In this document: piece by piece, positions 12,655 through 26,109 of the stretch
How the letters are laid out: each line of letters begins with the position of its first letter
Numbering within the stretch: position 1 is the first letter of the stretch
Translations under genes and position numbers: made by a program
Origin: Phyllosticta citribraziliensis
Taxonomy: Eukaryota
NCBI RefSeq assembly: GCF_038025025.1
Contig: NW_027117344.1
Span: 1,550,001 to 1,614,000, forward strand
Direction: 5' to 3'
DNA: 64,000 bases
Notes under the pieces: generated by a model
The model's database searches: none
What the model was told of the DNA's origin: nothing
What the model saw: only the letters and a program-made list of their open reading frames with translations

Positions 12655-14782
12655 CTAAGAGCCCTTGTATGCGTCGAAGCGCTTGTAAGTGTAACCGATG
12701 AACGGCAAGCTCATCTCGGCAGCAAGGTCTTCGCCGCCGGGAGTTGCAGCTTGAGCTGCCGTGGCAGCGCGCAGCGCCGCCGACGTGTCTTGTTGATCGA
12801 TTTCGTCGATGGGGAAGTACTGCGTGTCGACGTTGGACTGCAGCTTAGGCTCGAAGGGCGCACGCATGCGCCTCAGTCCATCCCAGCCGACACCCCTTGG
12901 CCTTTCGACGCCTTCGAAGAACTTGTGCTTCTTGATCTCAGCAGCTCCACCAATGCGGCCAAGGCGGTGGTCAGCGTCGCAGATAAGGCTGTTGCAGTCC
13001 AATGATCAGCCAAGAAACGTGAGCATTTTTTAGAATGGGGGGACAAACCTTCTGATGAAGTCCTCGGACACGGGATCAAGCTGTTGGTCCGGAGGGAAGT
13101 GAAGGTGGCGCGGCCAGTCGACAATCTTGCGGTATGTGTCGTGAGCGTCCTCAGCGCAGAACGGGGGCCAGCCGATCAAACACTCGAACATGATAGTGCC
13201 GACAGACCACCAGTCACAGCAGTAGTCGTAGCCCCTGCCGCTGAAGATCTCAGGAGCAATGTAGTCGGGGGTGCCAACAGTCGAGTAGGCAAGCTGACGG
13301 CGAGACTTCCTCCACTCGTTGATCTGGGTGCGGTTGCTAACAGTAAGTTGAATTTGGTCAATGGCGACGGAATTGCGGTTCTCGCGGTTTGATTGCTTGG
13401 TGTTGTTGGCCAAGAGCTTTTGGTAGTATGATGCTTCGTGCTCCTTGTGGAAGCCGGTAGAGAGGCCAAAATCGGTAAGCTTGATGTGTCCTCCGCGGTC
13501 AAGGAGAATATTGTCGGGTTTGATGTCACTGACGTCACGTTAGCATGTTTTTGACACGCATTCCGAAAGTCAAAACTGACCGATGAATGAAGCCAAGTTT
13601 GTGTACCGCCTCAATGGCCAGGGTCAGTTCGGCCATGTAGAAGCGAGTGATGTCGACGGTAAAGATTTCGTACTTGATGAGCATGGTCATCAAATCACCG
13701 CCAGGAAGAAATTCCATGAGCATGTACAAAAATGTGCTGTCCTGGAAAGTCGTGTGGAGCTTGACGACCCAGGGGCTGTCGGACTCGGCGAGAATATCAC
13801 GTTCCGAGCGGACGTGGGCGAGTTGGTCTTTTTTGAACTGTAAACGGTTAGAATCACAGCCATCACCGGCCTCTTCGTCACGACCAGATTACCGAGTTTC
13901 CACTCACCATCTCAGCCTTGATCAGCGACTTCAAGGCATAAACCTTGCCGTCATTCTTCCTCTGCACGAGTTTGACCTCGCCGAAAGCACCCTTGCCGAT
14001 GATCTTGATTGTGAGGAAATTCTCCGGTCTTTCCCTTGTCCGCAAGAACCGCAGGAATCTCAACTCTGCCTGCTGTACTTCCTCCAGCTTCTTCTGTTTC
14101 TTCGAGTCCGAGATCTGGGGATTTGAGATGATCTGCTCAAGCTCGAGCGCTCTGCAAGTCCCAGTGTCAGTTCGAGCCGCAGGCTACAAAGCGGGCGTCA
14201 GACTTACCTTGCGTTGCGATCGCGGGCGCGTTGCACACTCTGTTTAAAGAAGTCTTGAACCAATCCAGTGGAAAGCCTGGCTCGCTTGTTGATGTTGTCT
14301 GCATACTTGTCGGGATTCTTGGGAGGAGCCTCTTCATCGTTGAGCGCAGGCCTTTGACCAGGCATCTGGGGCGTCAAGAAGTTGCCGTGTTGCTGTTGTC
14401 CCGCGGTCCTGGGGCGGTGGGGATTCGGGGAGGGCTGTCTGCCGTAAGGGCTTCCGGAGCGCGGCGTGCCCAGATTCTGATTAGAGAATTGGTGAACAAG
14501 TCCGTTGGCGTCGTAGCCGGCGGGCTGGCGGTAGGCGGCGGGCGCCTGCATGCCCGGCTGGAACTGGGGCTGGTAACCTCCTTGGGCGTTCATGAAGTAT
14601 GAGGCGGCGTTTGCTTGCTGAGTTCCCCAGACCTCCTGCTGGCCATTCTGGTTTGGATAGACGGGCTGAGGGAAGGTTGAGGGGGTAGTGGGATATGCAC
14701 GGCCCGGTTCCGCGGCGAGGTTGGACCGGTCGTTGTTGAAGCCGAAGTTTAGGTGTAGGCGATTCGGCTGATTGTTCTGCAT
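12655..14782 (-). CDS. cot-1: NDR-family Ser/Thr kinase (COT-1/Cbk1/Orb6)
   Basis: Introns 14207-14152, 13907-13838, 13580-13529 and 13048-12989. [30 protein letters not shown], hydrophobic motif [11 protein letters not shown], Gln/Pro-rich N-terminus beginning [14 protein letters not shown]. Confidence 0.96.
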
Positions 14783-14850
14783 GATGGGCAGGGTGGCAGG
14801 AGCAGTAATAGCTGGGGATCCTGGGACACTCGAAAGGTAAGCTCAAATGC

Positions 14851-14899
14851 CTGTCGCGGGAGGAGGGGATGAGGGGTTAGCGGAACGGAGGACCCCTAC
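14851..14899 (-). other. Probable 5' UTR intron of cot-1
   Basis: Minus strand reads CAG|GTAGGG..GCTAAC..pyrimidine tract..GACAG, 49 nt, ending about 70 nt upstream of the ATG. Confidence 0.6.
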
Positions 14900-17800
14900 C
14901 TGGAAGTGTGCTCTCACGGTCTAGCGGCGGTCCGCCAACAGCGGACAGGAGGTTATTGGTGCGTTTTGGATCGTCGAGAGCCGCGGCAGCGGGAGGTCGA
15001 GGGTGTCGAGGAGTTGGAGCGCGGGACCTTGTAGGGCGCGGTGGCAATGGCGTTCACAGCGAGCGTGGAGGCGGCCTGAAGTGAAGGCGGCGGGAGCTGA
15101 AAGACGGGGCAACCCAGGAAGCTGGACAGGCGGAGGTTCACACTTGAGAGTGTGGGAGAGGGGGAGAGGAGGTTGCAGGTGCAAGAAAAAAAGGCTCGGA
15201 CTCAGGAACCAGGTCGCGCGCTCTGCTCGGGGTCGGTCTGGGGAGAGAAGGAAGCGAATTGGGCCAGATGTCTATGGAGAGGGGGAGGAGGGGACACACG
15301 GGCACTCTGACCGAATTGAGGCACGGAAGGGGGGGGGGTCAGTCACACCCACTGGGCTGGCCTCGCACGCAAACGCCATGGCCGTATCGTATCGATAGCG
15401 CGGCTGCAAGGAAAAAGCACTCTGTGTCTTCTACTTTCAACATGGACTCTGACCGTGTGGTGCTGTGGTGTTGTGCGCGGCTGCGGGCAATGCAATGTGC
15501 CATGGCAGCGAGTGGATCTCGACGTGTCGCAGCCGGGGTCGTAGTCAAACCGACCAAGTGCCGAGGACCCCTTTAGCTATGACGACGGCCGAGTCGAGTC
15601 GAGTCGAGACGATTCATTTTCATCTTTCACTGTCGTGTACCTACTGTATGTAGTGTTGTCCGCCCGTACATGTAGTTGGCGCGTCTCTCGCCTATTTTTT
15701 GCGCTGTGCCGCTCGACTCGACCAACAATGGGCTGGCTGACAAGGCTGCTGCTCCTACTTACAACCTCAAGTCCCGTCCAGGTCCTCGCCATGCGCCCGC
15801 ACGTGTCAGCGGCCGTCCAGGTCGCGGCTGTCTGCATGCGCTCGTGGGTTGATTGGCGCCTGAGGTTGCCTTTCTGTCCTGCCTGCTGCGTTTCACCACC
15901 ACTGCCGACGTTTCACGCTGCACCATCACTTTCACCACCTGTCCGTCCACGCTCAGATATATTGTCTTCTGTACACCTTGTCCTCCTTCTAGAACCTCTC
16001 CTGCTCCTGGCCTGTCGTGTGTCTTCCATCCTGCCTGTGTCCCATCTTGTCCGTGAATCGCTGGCAACGCGCCAGTCAGGCCAATGACGGGGCCAGCAGA
16101 CGCCCATCCACACCGTGTGCGCTGGGCCAAGAGACGCGCACCAAGACCACCATGCAAGCCATTGTCAACGGCAGCGCTCCCGTCTGCTGCATGCAAGGCC
16201 TGCTAGCTGCACTGCCAACGGCTCAACTGTCCGTTTCTGGGCTGTGCCGTTTCAATCATTCCCGGGTTCGTGCGTTGCTTTCCTTCTCCAGCGCTGCGAC
16301 CATTGGGCCCACGTCCCATGTCCCTACGGACATAGCACCACGCGGGACGGACATGGCACCGACCGCACGATAATTCCTGAAACAGCCATGACGACTTGGA
16401 AACAACACACCGAGACGACATCTGGAGACACCAGCCAAGGGGTCCAACAACAAAAGTCTTGTCGTCTCACTCCTTTCCCGATCGGGTCCATGTTGCTTCG
16501 TTCGGCTCTGCTGTCCGCCACTCACGCGACCTATCAGCTTGCCAAACGGAAAGACCCTGCTGACACCTTGTCCAGTCATCTTCGACATCAACAGCTGTGG
16601 TCATCACTGCAATCTTCGCCCCGGCCCCCTAGAACACGCCCCGGTGAAACAACAGACCTGTTACCAATCCATACCCATGACTGTGATCCAATGATTCGTC
16701 CAAGACGAGACACTTGATAATGGCATTGTACAGCAAACGCGATTGGTGATCAGTCTTTGCTCCTGGCTCACAAGAACACGCCCGGCTGAGGGGGGAAAAA
16801 AAACTCATCGCCAATCTAAACCGACAACTGCGATCCAATCGTTCGTCCGCGACCAGAGATGACTTTTCACAATGGCATTGCATGGCAAAAGCGAGGAGAA
16901 ACATCTCTCATTCATCACTATCCCCCACCGCCACCCAAGCAACGCTGTCCGGGCCCAGACAGCGTCACGATTGGCTCACCACTCCCTCCACCTATGTACA
17001 ATGCTGCTTCTCCCGTCTTTTCCTCCCACAAATTACGCTATTACAAGAAAGATGATGATGTAGTAATACAGGAGAATATGATACAAAGAAAAAGTGTCTA
17101 TGAGATAAGAGGAAAGGAGAGGAAACAAAAAACGCACAAGTGCCAAACAAAACCTTACCAAAACGAAGACTGGTTTTCTTTTCTTGCTTCGCCTGACTCT
17201 GCTCCCTTGGGCTCCCACAAACGCCTTGCCCTCGCTTGCTACTGTAGATGTACACATTGCTAGTATGAAAAAAGTAAAGGGGAAAAACGCCGAGTGATGC
17301 TGATCAGGGAACGAACAAGATTTCCTCCCAAGTGATTGAAGAGGAAGCCAATAAAGAGAAGAAGATGCCGCGCTTCTCAACGAGAAACAACTTACCATGG
17401 CGACCGAGCAAACACCACGACTCCAATCCCATGGAAATGGCGTCTGTTGTCTCGACCGGAGCAGAAACCAAACAGCGGACCAACTCCAAACGAGCGTGGC
17501 GCGACATGCCATCTCCCAACATTACTCCCACCACGGCGTCGAAAATCGAAGCAACTCGCCCCAGCCAAAAGCACCGTCTTCTGTATCCACCTTTTTCAAT
17601 TGCTCCTGCGCCTCCGGTCTTTCCACGTCATCGGAGCAGCTCAAGGTGTTGTGTGCATCAGCATCCGGGCTAGCGATGGGAGCCGTGGTTGAAGTGGTCG
17701 AGGAGCTTCTTGAGCTCAAGGAAGGGGAATCAGGACTGGGAAACTTGTCTTTGGAGCCAAGTAAAGGAGAAGAGGGCGGAGAACTGAAGCAAGAAAGCAG

Positions 17801-17988
17801 CCGCAATGTATCTTGTGACAAAATATCGCTGTCGATGTCGGGGTGGCCAGAATCTTCAATGACACTGTCATGACGGCTTCGTGGGCCAACGGGCTTGCTG
17901 ATGTCCGAGTCGGAGCCCGAGTCAATGGTATCAGCTGGAATCCTGGAAACGGGCGGAGTGCTCGGTCGAGCGGTGTTCATGGCGACGC

Positions 17989-20900
17989 CTATGCTAGAAG
18001 TGCGCGCATCTCGTCTCTCTGCGAGACAATCTCCGCCTGTAGCTGTCTGGTTTGGCGCGTGGCTTCGTCTCTGTTGGACGCAAGAAAAAAAGATGTATCT
18101 GTCAGCCATCGTAATTGTATTGGCGGCGATGACTGTGTGAAATATGAAATAGGGGCAAGCATACCTTTCGCCCTGCAGTTCTGCTACTTCGACTTGTGCC
18201 AAGTTCATCCGTCCCAGCACTTCTTCCATTTCAGCTTCCGCGCTCCGAAGCGCCTTCTCCAGCTCCGATACATCGTGCTCAAGCGAGCCCGTCTTGGTCA
18301 CTTGAGCAATGCTGACACCGAGGCCGGAAGTCGTGACGTCGAGGCGAGGGCTGCGGCCAGGTGTCCCGAATACGGCCGGACTCAGAAGATGGTTGCCTGC
18401 ATCGCCGCTAGATTCACCCCCTGCGGCTGCTGCCACGGCGGCGGCAACGGCGGCGGCATGACTTTTGTTCTTGCTTGGAGCAAGGCCGTGTGCGGTTTGC
18501 ATACGCTTCAGACTGGCGCTCTGAGCATCGGTCAGCTCGCGGAGCTCATCCTCAAACGGACCGAGCGCGTCTTCGGCATGGTTTTGGGCCGCAACGAGCG
18601 CCTCTTCAGCAGCACGGAGCCTTGCTTGAAGCGCTGTGATGCGTGCGGCCGAAGCACGCTGCTCTTGCTCGCCTCGTCCTATGGCTGCTGCCAAACGCTC
18701 GCGCAGAGCTTTATTCTTGGACAGCTGCGTCGAGACTTGTTGGGCCAGAGAATCAAGCGCTGTGGCGGTCGACAGAATGGCGCTGGCCTCTTCGTTGGTT
18801 GCTGCTTCAACACCAACCGCGGATGAAGCCGTGGCCCGGTACGATGCAGCGGCGGCGATGGCGACATCGCGATCTGCTTCTGCAGCAGAGATGGATTGTT
18901 TGAGCAGAGTAAGAACCGTCTCTGCCTCTTCGCCAGTCGGCTGGTCGGTCTCGAGATCCTGAATGCGCCGCAGCGACAGTGCATGCATAGTCTGCAGTTC
19001 CTTGTGCGCCTTGTCGAGAGATATGGCTGCTTGTGCAGTGTTTGACGAGTCTTCGCTGCCCACGCTGCTCGCAGATGGCCGCCTTTCCTGCACAAAAATG
19101 TCTTTCTCGCCGAGTAAGTCGCGCAGCGAGCTGGTCTCGAGCTCCGCGCGTGCCAGATCCATTCGCAAACCACCCAAATTTTTCTCGACCTGCCATTTTT
19201 GGTCCATTGCATCGTCGGCCCGTCGCCGAAGCGTGTTGACCTCTTGTCGCAAGTTTGTCACCTCGTCGTGGAATGCTGTCCGCCGAGGGCCGGATACATT
19301 AAGGGCCCGGTCCCGTTCCTTTTCGAGTAGCTTGATTCGCTTGTCGTGTACTTTCTTCTCCATTTCATACCGCGCCAAAAGGGTCTTGAGCGACCGGTGC
19401 AGCGCATCCCGCTGCTCCTCGACATCCTTGATACGGTCTCTGACATCTCGTGGTGCGTCGCTCTTGTCCTTGACCGAGTTTGAGCGAGACAGCGATATCA
19501 TTGACCCGCGCTTGAGCGTCGAGACGGAATTCCGGGCCAAAGAATTGGAGCGAGAAAGCCCAATGACTGGCGACTGGACAGCACCTCCGTCGCTTTCTTC
19601 TGCGATGGTGTTGAAGCGGTTGGATTGTTGTTTGAGCTCCATTTCCATGCGTCTGGCATTGACCAGAGTGGTGTTCTCATTGCGAAGGGTCGAAAGCTCC
19701 TGTTGCAGTTTGGAATTTTCTTCTCCGAGAGCCTGCAATTGAGCCGCGTTTAGTTGCATCACCTCCTGGATGTTGGCGTCGTTTTGTAACGTGTTGATGT
19801 TGCGCCTAAGACGGCCATTCTCGTCTTGCAACTTTTCAATGCGCTCCGCAAGCCCCTCATCGCCTTGATTGCGGGCATTTTCGAGGTCGCCGCGAAGCTG
19901 TGCGTTTTCGTCTTCTGTGTCTCTCAGCCTATCCAGACGGCCGCGGAGGTCCGGTAGGATCTCAGTCTGAAATGACTCGAGCTCGGCCTGCAAGCGACTG
20001 TTCTCGCGAGTGAGTTCTTGCAGACGACCCGCGCCGTTTTCAAGGTTGGTGATTTTGACTTGAAGCTGAGGGATTATTTCGTCCTTGAGGTTGTCCTTCT
20101 CGTCGCGATCTTGCCTGAGCTCTGATTGGAGCGCCTCCAGTATCTCCTGGAAACTGTCTTTTGCTTGTCGCTCATCGGTAAGACGACGCTTGTAGTCTTC
20201 AATGGCCATTTCAAGCTCCCGTACCCGACCCTTGCTTGACCCATGTTGAATTTGTTCTTCCAAGGATTGCACTTGGGCCTCGAGGTCCGACCTCCTCCGC
20301 AGTTCATCTTGCAGCCTTTGAGCCGCCTCTACCCTGGCCTGTGCTTTGTCTTGCTCGGCCTTGCGACGGAGCTTTTGCAAGGCTTCAATCTTGGACTCGG
20401 TGTCACCAATGGGAAATTTGGCGGAGCTTGCGCCAGAGTCCGAAAAGTAGTCGCTGGTGCGACGATTGGCGTCCGACCCATTCAGTGGGTTGTCCGTCTT
20501 GGTCCGCTCGAGCTCGTCTTCCAAGTCCAGCTCTCGGCGGATAGATTCGGCTAGCTCGACGCTGACGTCGCGGAGCTCCCTCTCCAGCTCCTCGACGTGC
20601 GCATTGACGCTTGGCGACGAGGAGAACAGGGGAGTTCCAGGGACGGTAAAGAACGAGGATTGCGCGGCGGCGTTGGCGGCGGTCACGTCCAGCGACGAAG
20701 GGCCCTTCTTGTTCATGTTAGGCGATGCTCCAGGGCTATTTGATATCTCAGAAGAAAAGGAAGTGGTTGGCGAGTCTCCTACGTTGTGCGATCCTGGTTT
20801 CCACCCAAAGAATTTTTTGAATTTCTTGCTCGTAACGCTGCTCCGGTTCGGTGTTACTGGTGATTCTGCTTCCTTTTCGTCGTCGGTGAGTTGGTCATAG

Positions 20901-21731
20901 TCGAGGAAATCCTCGGTCACGCCGTCCTCTCCCTGAAGTGTCAAATCGGGTGTCCTGGCGGCATTGGTCCCATACGAGGTCATGGTATGTGTTCTATGGT
21001 GACTGCGTGGCCTTGGGGTCTGGTGCGCCTGGTCCGCGCTGTGGTTCCATGCAGCTGACGGGGGACGGTGGTTGCGTGTGCCGTTGGTCACACCTGCATA
21101 ACCCGACCGCTCTTCCCCAGCCCCCGAATATTCGTGGTCGTACTGCGAGGATTCGCTACGCGGCGAGCCGTTGTCTTTGCCGTCGGGATGATAGTCGTGT
21201 GCGGGATCTTGGTTGTAATTGCGGGGGTTCTCAGGATGACCATGCGCAATCCTATACAAACGTACCAGGTTAGCTGGCTAAATCGAGTGCGAAACGATGT
21301 AATGATATCATGCGGAAGCGGCTTGGCTGGTGGGGAGTGCCTTACCCGTCGCCGTCGGCTGGGTTCCCTGGGTTGTCGGTAGGAGGTTCGTTCCTGGACA
21401 AAAGCTGGGTGGAAATGGAGTCGGGGCGCGAGGAAAGGCGCAGAGGAGAAGCGTGAGAAGCGGAGGCGTCCTGCAAATGAGCTTGGGCGGCCGCCTTTGG
21501 AGTGGAGAAGGCGGCGGGAGAGAATCGCGCAGCTATGGGTGAAGCGTCCTTTGGTAGAGGCTTGCGGCGGGGGGTTTGAGACGTCTGGACGTGAAACGGC
21601 TGGGACGAAGGCGAGCTGGTGTTTGGTAGCCAAGCTTGACTATGCCGAGGGTCTGCTATATCGGGCGATAGGGGCGTGTCAGAAGCGTTGGAGCTCCGGC
21701 GGGATGGTGGAGAATGGTTGGCGGGTTGCAT
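17989..21731 (-). CDS. Large coiled-coil protein with Ser/Pro-rich N-terminus (function unknown)
   Basis: ATG 21731. Intron 21345-21252 joins ORF 21342-21731 to the long ORF. Intron 18164-18071 gives terminal exon RDEATRQTRQLQAEIVSQRDEMRALLA stop. Extensive heptad E/L/Q/R stretches. Confidence 0.85.
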
Positions 21732-22095
21732 TTTCCAATTGGCTCTGAAGGAGGGTGGCAGTCATTGCCTTTGCAAGAAGCGGTTTGGGAAGTGAGAATC
21801 TCTTCCTTGTCGACACTGGCGGCGGCGGAATGCATTCAATGTCGGCCACACGTGGTACGGAAAAGGGAGAGGTCTGCGCTTGGGGACGCTCACGTCGCAC
21901 CTCCAGGCCAGGAGCGGCAATTGATTGGCAGAGGTCCAGTGAGCGGCAGCAGGGGTTCGCAGGCGTCTGGCGCCAACAGCAGACGATGGCGCTTCTGCTT
22001 CTTGCGAGTGGCCGGCGAGAGGGAGAGAGAGGCGGACGACTTGTTGGAGCGGGGAGAGAGCAGCAGCGGAAGGTGGCGCGATCAGTCCCAATGAA

Positions 22096-22123
22096 CCCAA
22101 CCCAATCCAATCCAATCCAATCC
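22096..22123 (+). repeat. (CCAAT/CCAAC)n pentamer microsatellite in a divergent promoter
   Basis: cccaacccaatccaatccaatccaatcc between the coiled-coil gene and VPS37. Confidence 0.7.
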
Positions 22124-22794
22124 AGAGCAGCGCGGCAACTGGAGGAACCACCTCGACTGAGCAACCAGGAATACAGGGTCTCGCTCGGCGACGGCGCCTA
22201 TACCGTCCAGACTCGTCGACGCCGCGTAATTTCGCTGGCCGCTAAGACCACGGCGCACTATCATTCCGTACCTCTGCGCTGCGTCAGGGGAACATGGACA
22301 TGAGAGACGTCAAGGAAGCCCAAGACGTCGACTGGCAGGCGGAATGCCATGGCCGACAACACGGCTATCCCGGAGACAGACAGGGACAATGGCATGATGA
22401 TGGAAAGGGTTTTCTTTTTCCCCTGCCAAGCACCCAGGATTGCGCGGCAGCAGCAGGCTCGATCAGATGTGTTCCCTGTCAGCGTCCCGCCTACAGGGCA
22501 GGCAGGTGTCGTAAGGTATCGTATCGTACTCTAGCGCCTGCCGCTTCGGTTCGCGCCAGCTCCCACCTCTTGCTTCCTTGTCGCCTGGTTCCGTTCGGTT
22601 CGGTTCCTTCTTGCCGTCCCGGAAAAACTGTTTCCCCATCACGGCGAGGCAGCCCCCCTCCCGTCAGCGTCACCCACCCGGACCCGACTGTCAACACCAA
22701 CCGAACCACGGCAGACTCGTGCCAGATTGCTGTCATTTCTTCGCCCCTCTCCCCCCCAATCTCTTCTCCGCCTCTCCCGCACCATCGCAATTTC

Positions 22795-23643
22795 ATGTCT
22801 CACCACACCCCACACCCTTCTCAGTCCCACTTCCACTTCGACTCGTCCACCCCACCTCCACCTCCGCCCAAACCCTCTGCCCATTCCAGCGGCCGAGGCA
22901 CCCCTCTGGCTCTGGGCGGCCCACCTCTGCCTCCCACTCCCACAACTGCCCAGACGTCTCAATCGCCCTACGGCGGCCAATCAACCTTCGCTCAAGTCGA
23001 CTCCGCTGTTGCTTACCAACAGCCCGAAGATGCTCTTCCACGCATTGATCTTCCAGACGAGGGCTGGTTGCCCGAGATTCTGAAAGACAAAAAGTTTACA
23101 TCCCGCCGAGACCATGTTGCTTCCGCATGCTGACCCCGCCCCAGCACTGCAGACCTCCAAGCCGTCCTTGAGGACCCTGAACTTCAACGGGCCCTCGTCC
23201 ACTCCCCCGACGCTGCACATCCTTCCGTAGCCGCCTCCATCTCCCCTATCCAAGACCTGCTTTCGCAAAACATTGCCCTGGCCGAGTCTCTAAAGAACCT
23301 CGAATCTGTGTTGCAGCATGAACGCCAAGACGTCCAGTCTCGCCTGCTGAGCCTGCGTGCGTTGGAACGACAGTGGCGCGCAAAACAAGCAGAGCAGGAC
23401 GAGGCCTTGAAAGACTTTAGTCCGCCTGCTCTATACCAGAGGCTGAGTGCTGCTATCGGAGAGCAGGAGGCTCTCTGTCGTGGGCTGGAAGAGAGCTTCT
23501 TGGAAGGCGAGGGCGGTGGCCAGGCTAGCGAGCGCGAGGTGGCCGAGTTCGTGAGAAGGATCAGGGATGGCAGAACTGTGGCCTACCTCAGGCGCGAGAA
23601 GAAAGAGAGGTGGGACGAGGGTAGAGTCGGTGGCTGGCGTTGA
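22795..23643 (+). CDS. VPS37: ESCRT-I subunit Vps37 (Mod(r) domain)
   Basis: Pro-rich N-terminus (TPPPPPPKP). Intron 23094-23144 restores frame (LKDKN-TADLQ). C-terminal LYQRL..EQEALCRGLEESFLEG..EFVRRIR..AYLRREKKERWDEGRVGGWR. Confidence 0.8.
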
Positions 23644-24523
23644 AGCTGCAGGAATGAACGCTCAAACCATCACCGTCATCCGCAGTATCGCCCCACAGAC
23701 CACACGTCGTATCGTTCCGGACTCCGAATACGGGGCTGGACACGCTGTCCGAGCGCCTGGAACGCATGCCAGATTGGCGATTCATTCATCGCCGACCCTG
23801 CACGCTGCAGTCGCCAAAGCTGTCCTCGAATGGAGACAGGCGGTTAGGAAGTTGACTGTGCCCAAAGTCGCTTGCCCCTCTGCCTGGTGTGGTAGGCCAT
23901 TTTGTGGTCAGTTCTTCTGAAGATAGTGGTATTCCGACTGGTGCTGGAGCTTTGTGCATCGCTCTGGGTGCAGTGTAGCGTCCTACAGCCAATTTCGGTC
24001 GCCGCATGGTCCATGAAGTTGGAATAGGGTCGCGCAGAAACACAGTGCAATCCTTGTCGGATTTCGCTAGGCTACGTCGGCACAGGGTTCCCACTTGCGG
24101 CTAAAAGCGGGGCGGACATTATCGCAGACTGGAAATCGAGCAAGAAAAAAGTGTCGAGGTCGACTTCGCCATGTCCATGTGCGAATCACAGAGCCAAACG
24201 GCGGAAAGTTTGTATGGCAGATGGATAGGTAGAGTCGCGTGTCGACTCGGCAAATCGAAGAGGCGCCGCGCCCTTGCTTCCTTGGTGAGCCACCAATCGA
24301 CTTATCAAACGGCCGCATCACGCGCCTACGACCTTAGCACCGTTGGTTGGTCCGGTGGCACGGAAACGGCAACTTGCCCATAGCACATCCGAACCAACTC
24401 CATCCCCACCTGCTAGCTTTTCTTCTCTAGTCTCTTTATATCCCCACCGAGTCTTCTGTGTCTCTTCATTTGCAATCAAGCATCCTCCTTCAACCCGCCA
24501 TCAATGCTACCCTGACATCTTCA

Positions 24524-26109
24524 ATGCTCCTCCCGGCGCGGCATCTGCCGATACGGCCGGCGCGCTTCATCGCCACCTTTGCCATCATATTCGTCTTTAT
24601 CTGGTGGCACTCCCACGTCCTTAGCCACTCGCAACCTGCCCAAATTGCCGATGCGCTCGAAAGCGCGCAGCAACAACAGCGTTCCGGCCATGCCAACCTC
24701 GCCAATGCCACTCTCGGGGTACTGCTCACCACCCCACCTTTCGCCATTGCGCCCCGCTTTTGACATTTTGCTAACCATTGCTCGTCGCTTAGTTCCAAAC
24801 CGTAATCGCCATTTCCTCGGAAGACCAGTCATCGCCAACGGCATGGCGCCAACAGGGTCTCCTCGCCGCCGCCGAACGCACCGGCCTCCACGTCGAGATT
24901 CACCAGTCCCGGCGCATATCGGATGACGAATTGGCCGCTTTCCGCTCGCGCAAATCGCCTATCAATGGCGAGCGTCCTGGAGTCGGCAGTGCGCGTGCTT
25001 GGATTGCGCATCTCGACGCTCTGCGCCATGTCGTTGCCCGGAATATAAGTACCGCTCTGATACTCGAAGATGATGCCGACTGGGATGTCCGCATCCGCTC
25101 CCAATTGGCCCCAGATGCCGGGATCCCACGCTCAATTCGGCGAATTCTCCAAGGTCCTGGGCACTTTGACCCGAGTGCAGGCACATCAGGACCAGACAAC
25201 TCTACCTTGCAATATGCATCTCTTCCCGAGTTTGAAGCGCCGTTCACCCATGACTTTGATGTCATTGCTCTCGGCCATTGCGCTGCCATCACCACACCTT
25301 TTGCGACGACCTTGAACATGGACGAGGAAGACAAGACCCTTCTACCAGCCCAGAGCTTGCGCGCTGTCGATGACCGCTACGCCTACACGCCACTGCCTAA
25401 CTTCACACGGCGGGTGATCATGTCTCCGCATCCGACGTGTACGTATGCATATGGAGTCACATTCGAGGGGGCACAGAAACTGCTGGAGAGGCTGGGCAAT
25501 GGCGGCGGTGCAGCTTTCGACAACGAGGTGGGTGGCTTGTGTTGGGGCAATGGGCGGAGAAAGAAACCCAAGGAGAGTGGAACCGAGACCGAGGAGCGAG
25601 GACCAGAATTGCAGCACGATGGGCTCAGGTGCGTGGCAGTGTCGCCAGAAGTAATCCACGGGCAACGTCTGGTGCTGGACGGGCATGACGACGGCGGTGA
25701 CACCAGCCTCGTTGAGACGCAGAACCGGGCAGGTTGGGCTGCCGACTCGCAGGCACAACACAGTGGTACTGACGCGCAATCGGCTGGCGCGTCCCAAGGC
25801 GAAGAGCTGAGGCGAAGCGATTCTGTCGATGCGATTGACCATCACGGACACGCCCATCCCTCAAACCTGCAGAAGCAGCTCGATGTTGACTCAGATCGCT
25901 ACTCGGACCCGGATTCGCACGGCTGGCGCCTGTGGGGCGTGGACGTCAAAGACAGCACTCTACAGAAGGCTCACCATTTTTTCACCATGAACATCATGTA
26001 CAGCGCGCGGTGCAATGCACAGCAGCGGACGGCCAAATGGTGGGAGACAAGAGATAAGTTGGTGCAGTGCTTGCCGACGGACGAGGAGCTGGATCGGTTC
26101 ACCGCGTAG
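24524..26109 (+). CDS. Glycosyltransferase family 25-like type II membrane protein
   Basis: N-terminal membrane anchor FIATFAIIFVFIWW. ANATLG, intron 24719-24792, then FQTVIAIS. Motifs GSARAWIAHLDALR, ALILEDDADWDVRIR, PTCTYAYGVT..GAQKLL. Confidence 0.85.

Noticed and set aside
15000..17500. Many short ORFs between cot-1 and the coiled-coil gene
   Set aside because: Composition fits the cot-1 promoter/leader and a 3' UTR; no consistent exon structure.
17843..20900. Long plus-strand ORFs opposite the coiled-coil gene
   Set aside because: Antisense shadows of a GC-rich coding strand; the same applies to ORFs opposite TRM2, IME2, NAR1 and the ankyrin array.
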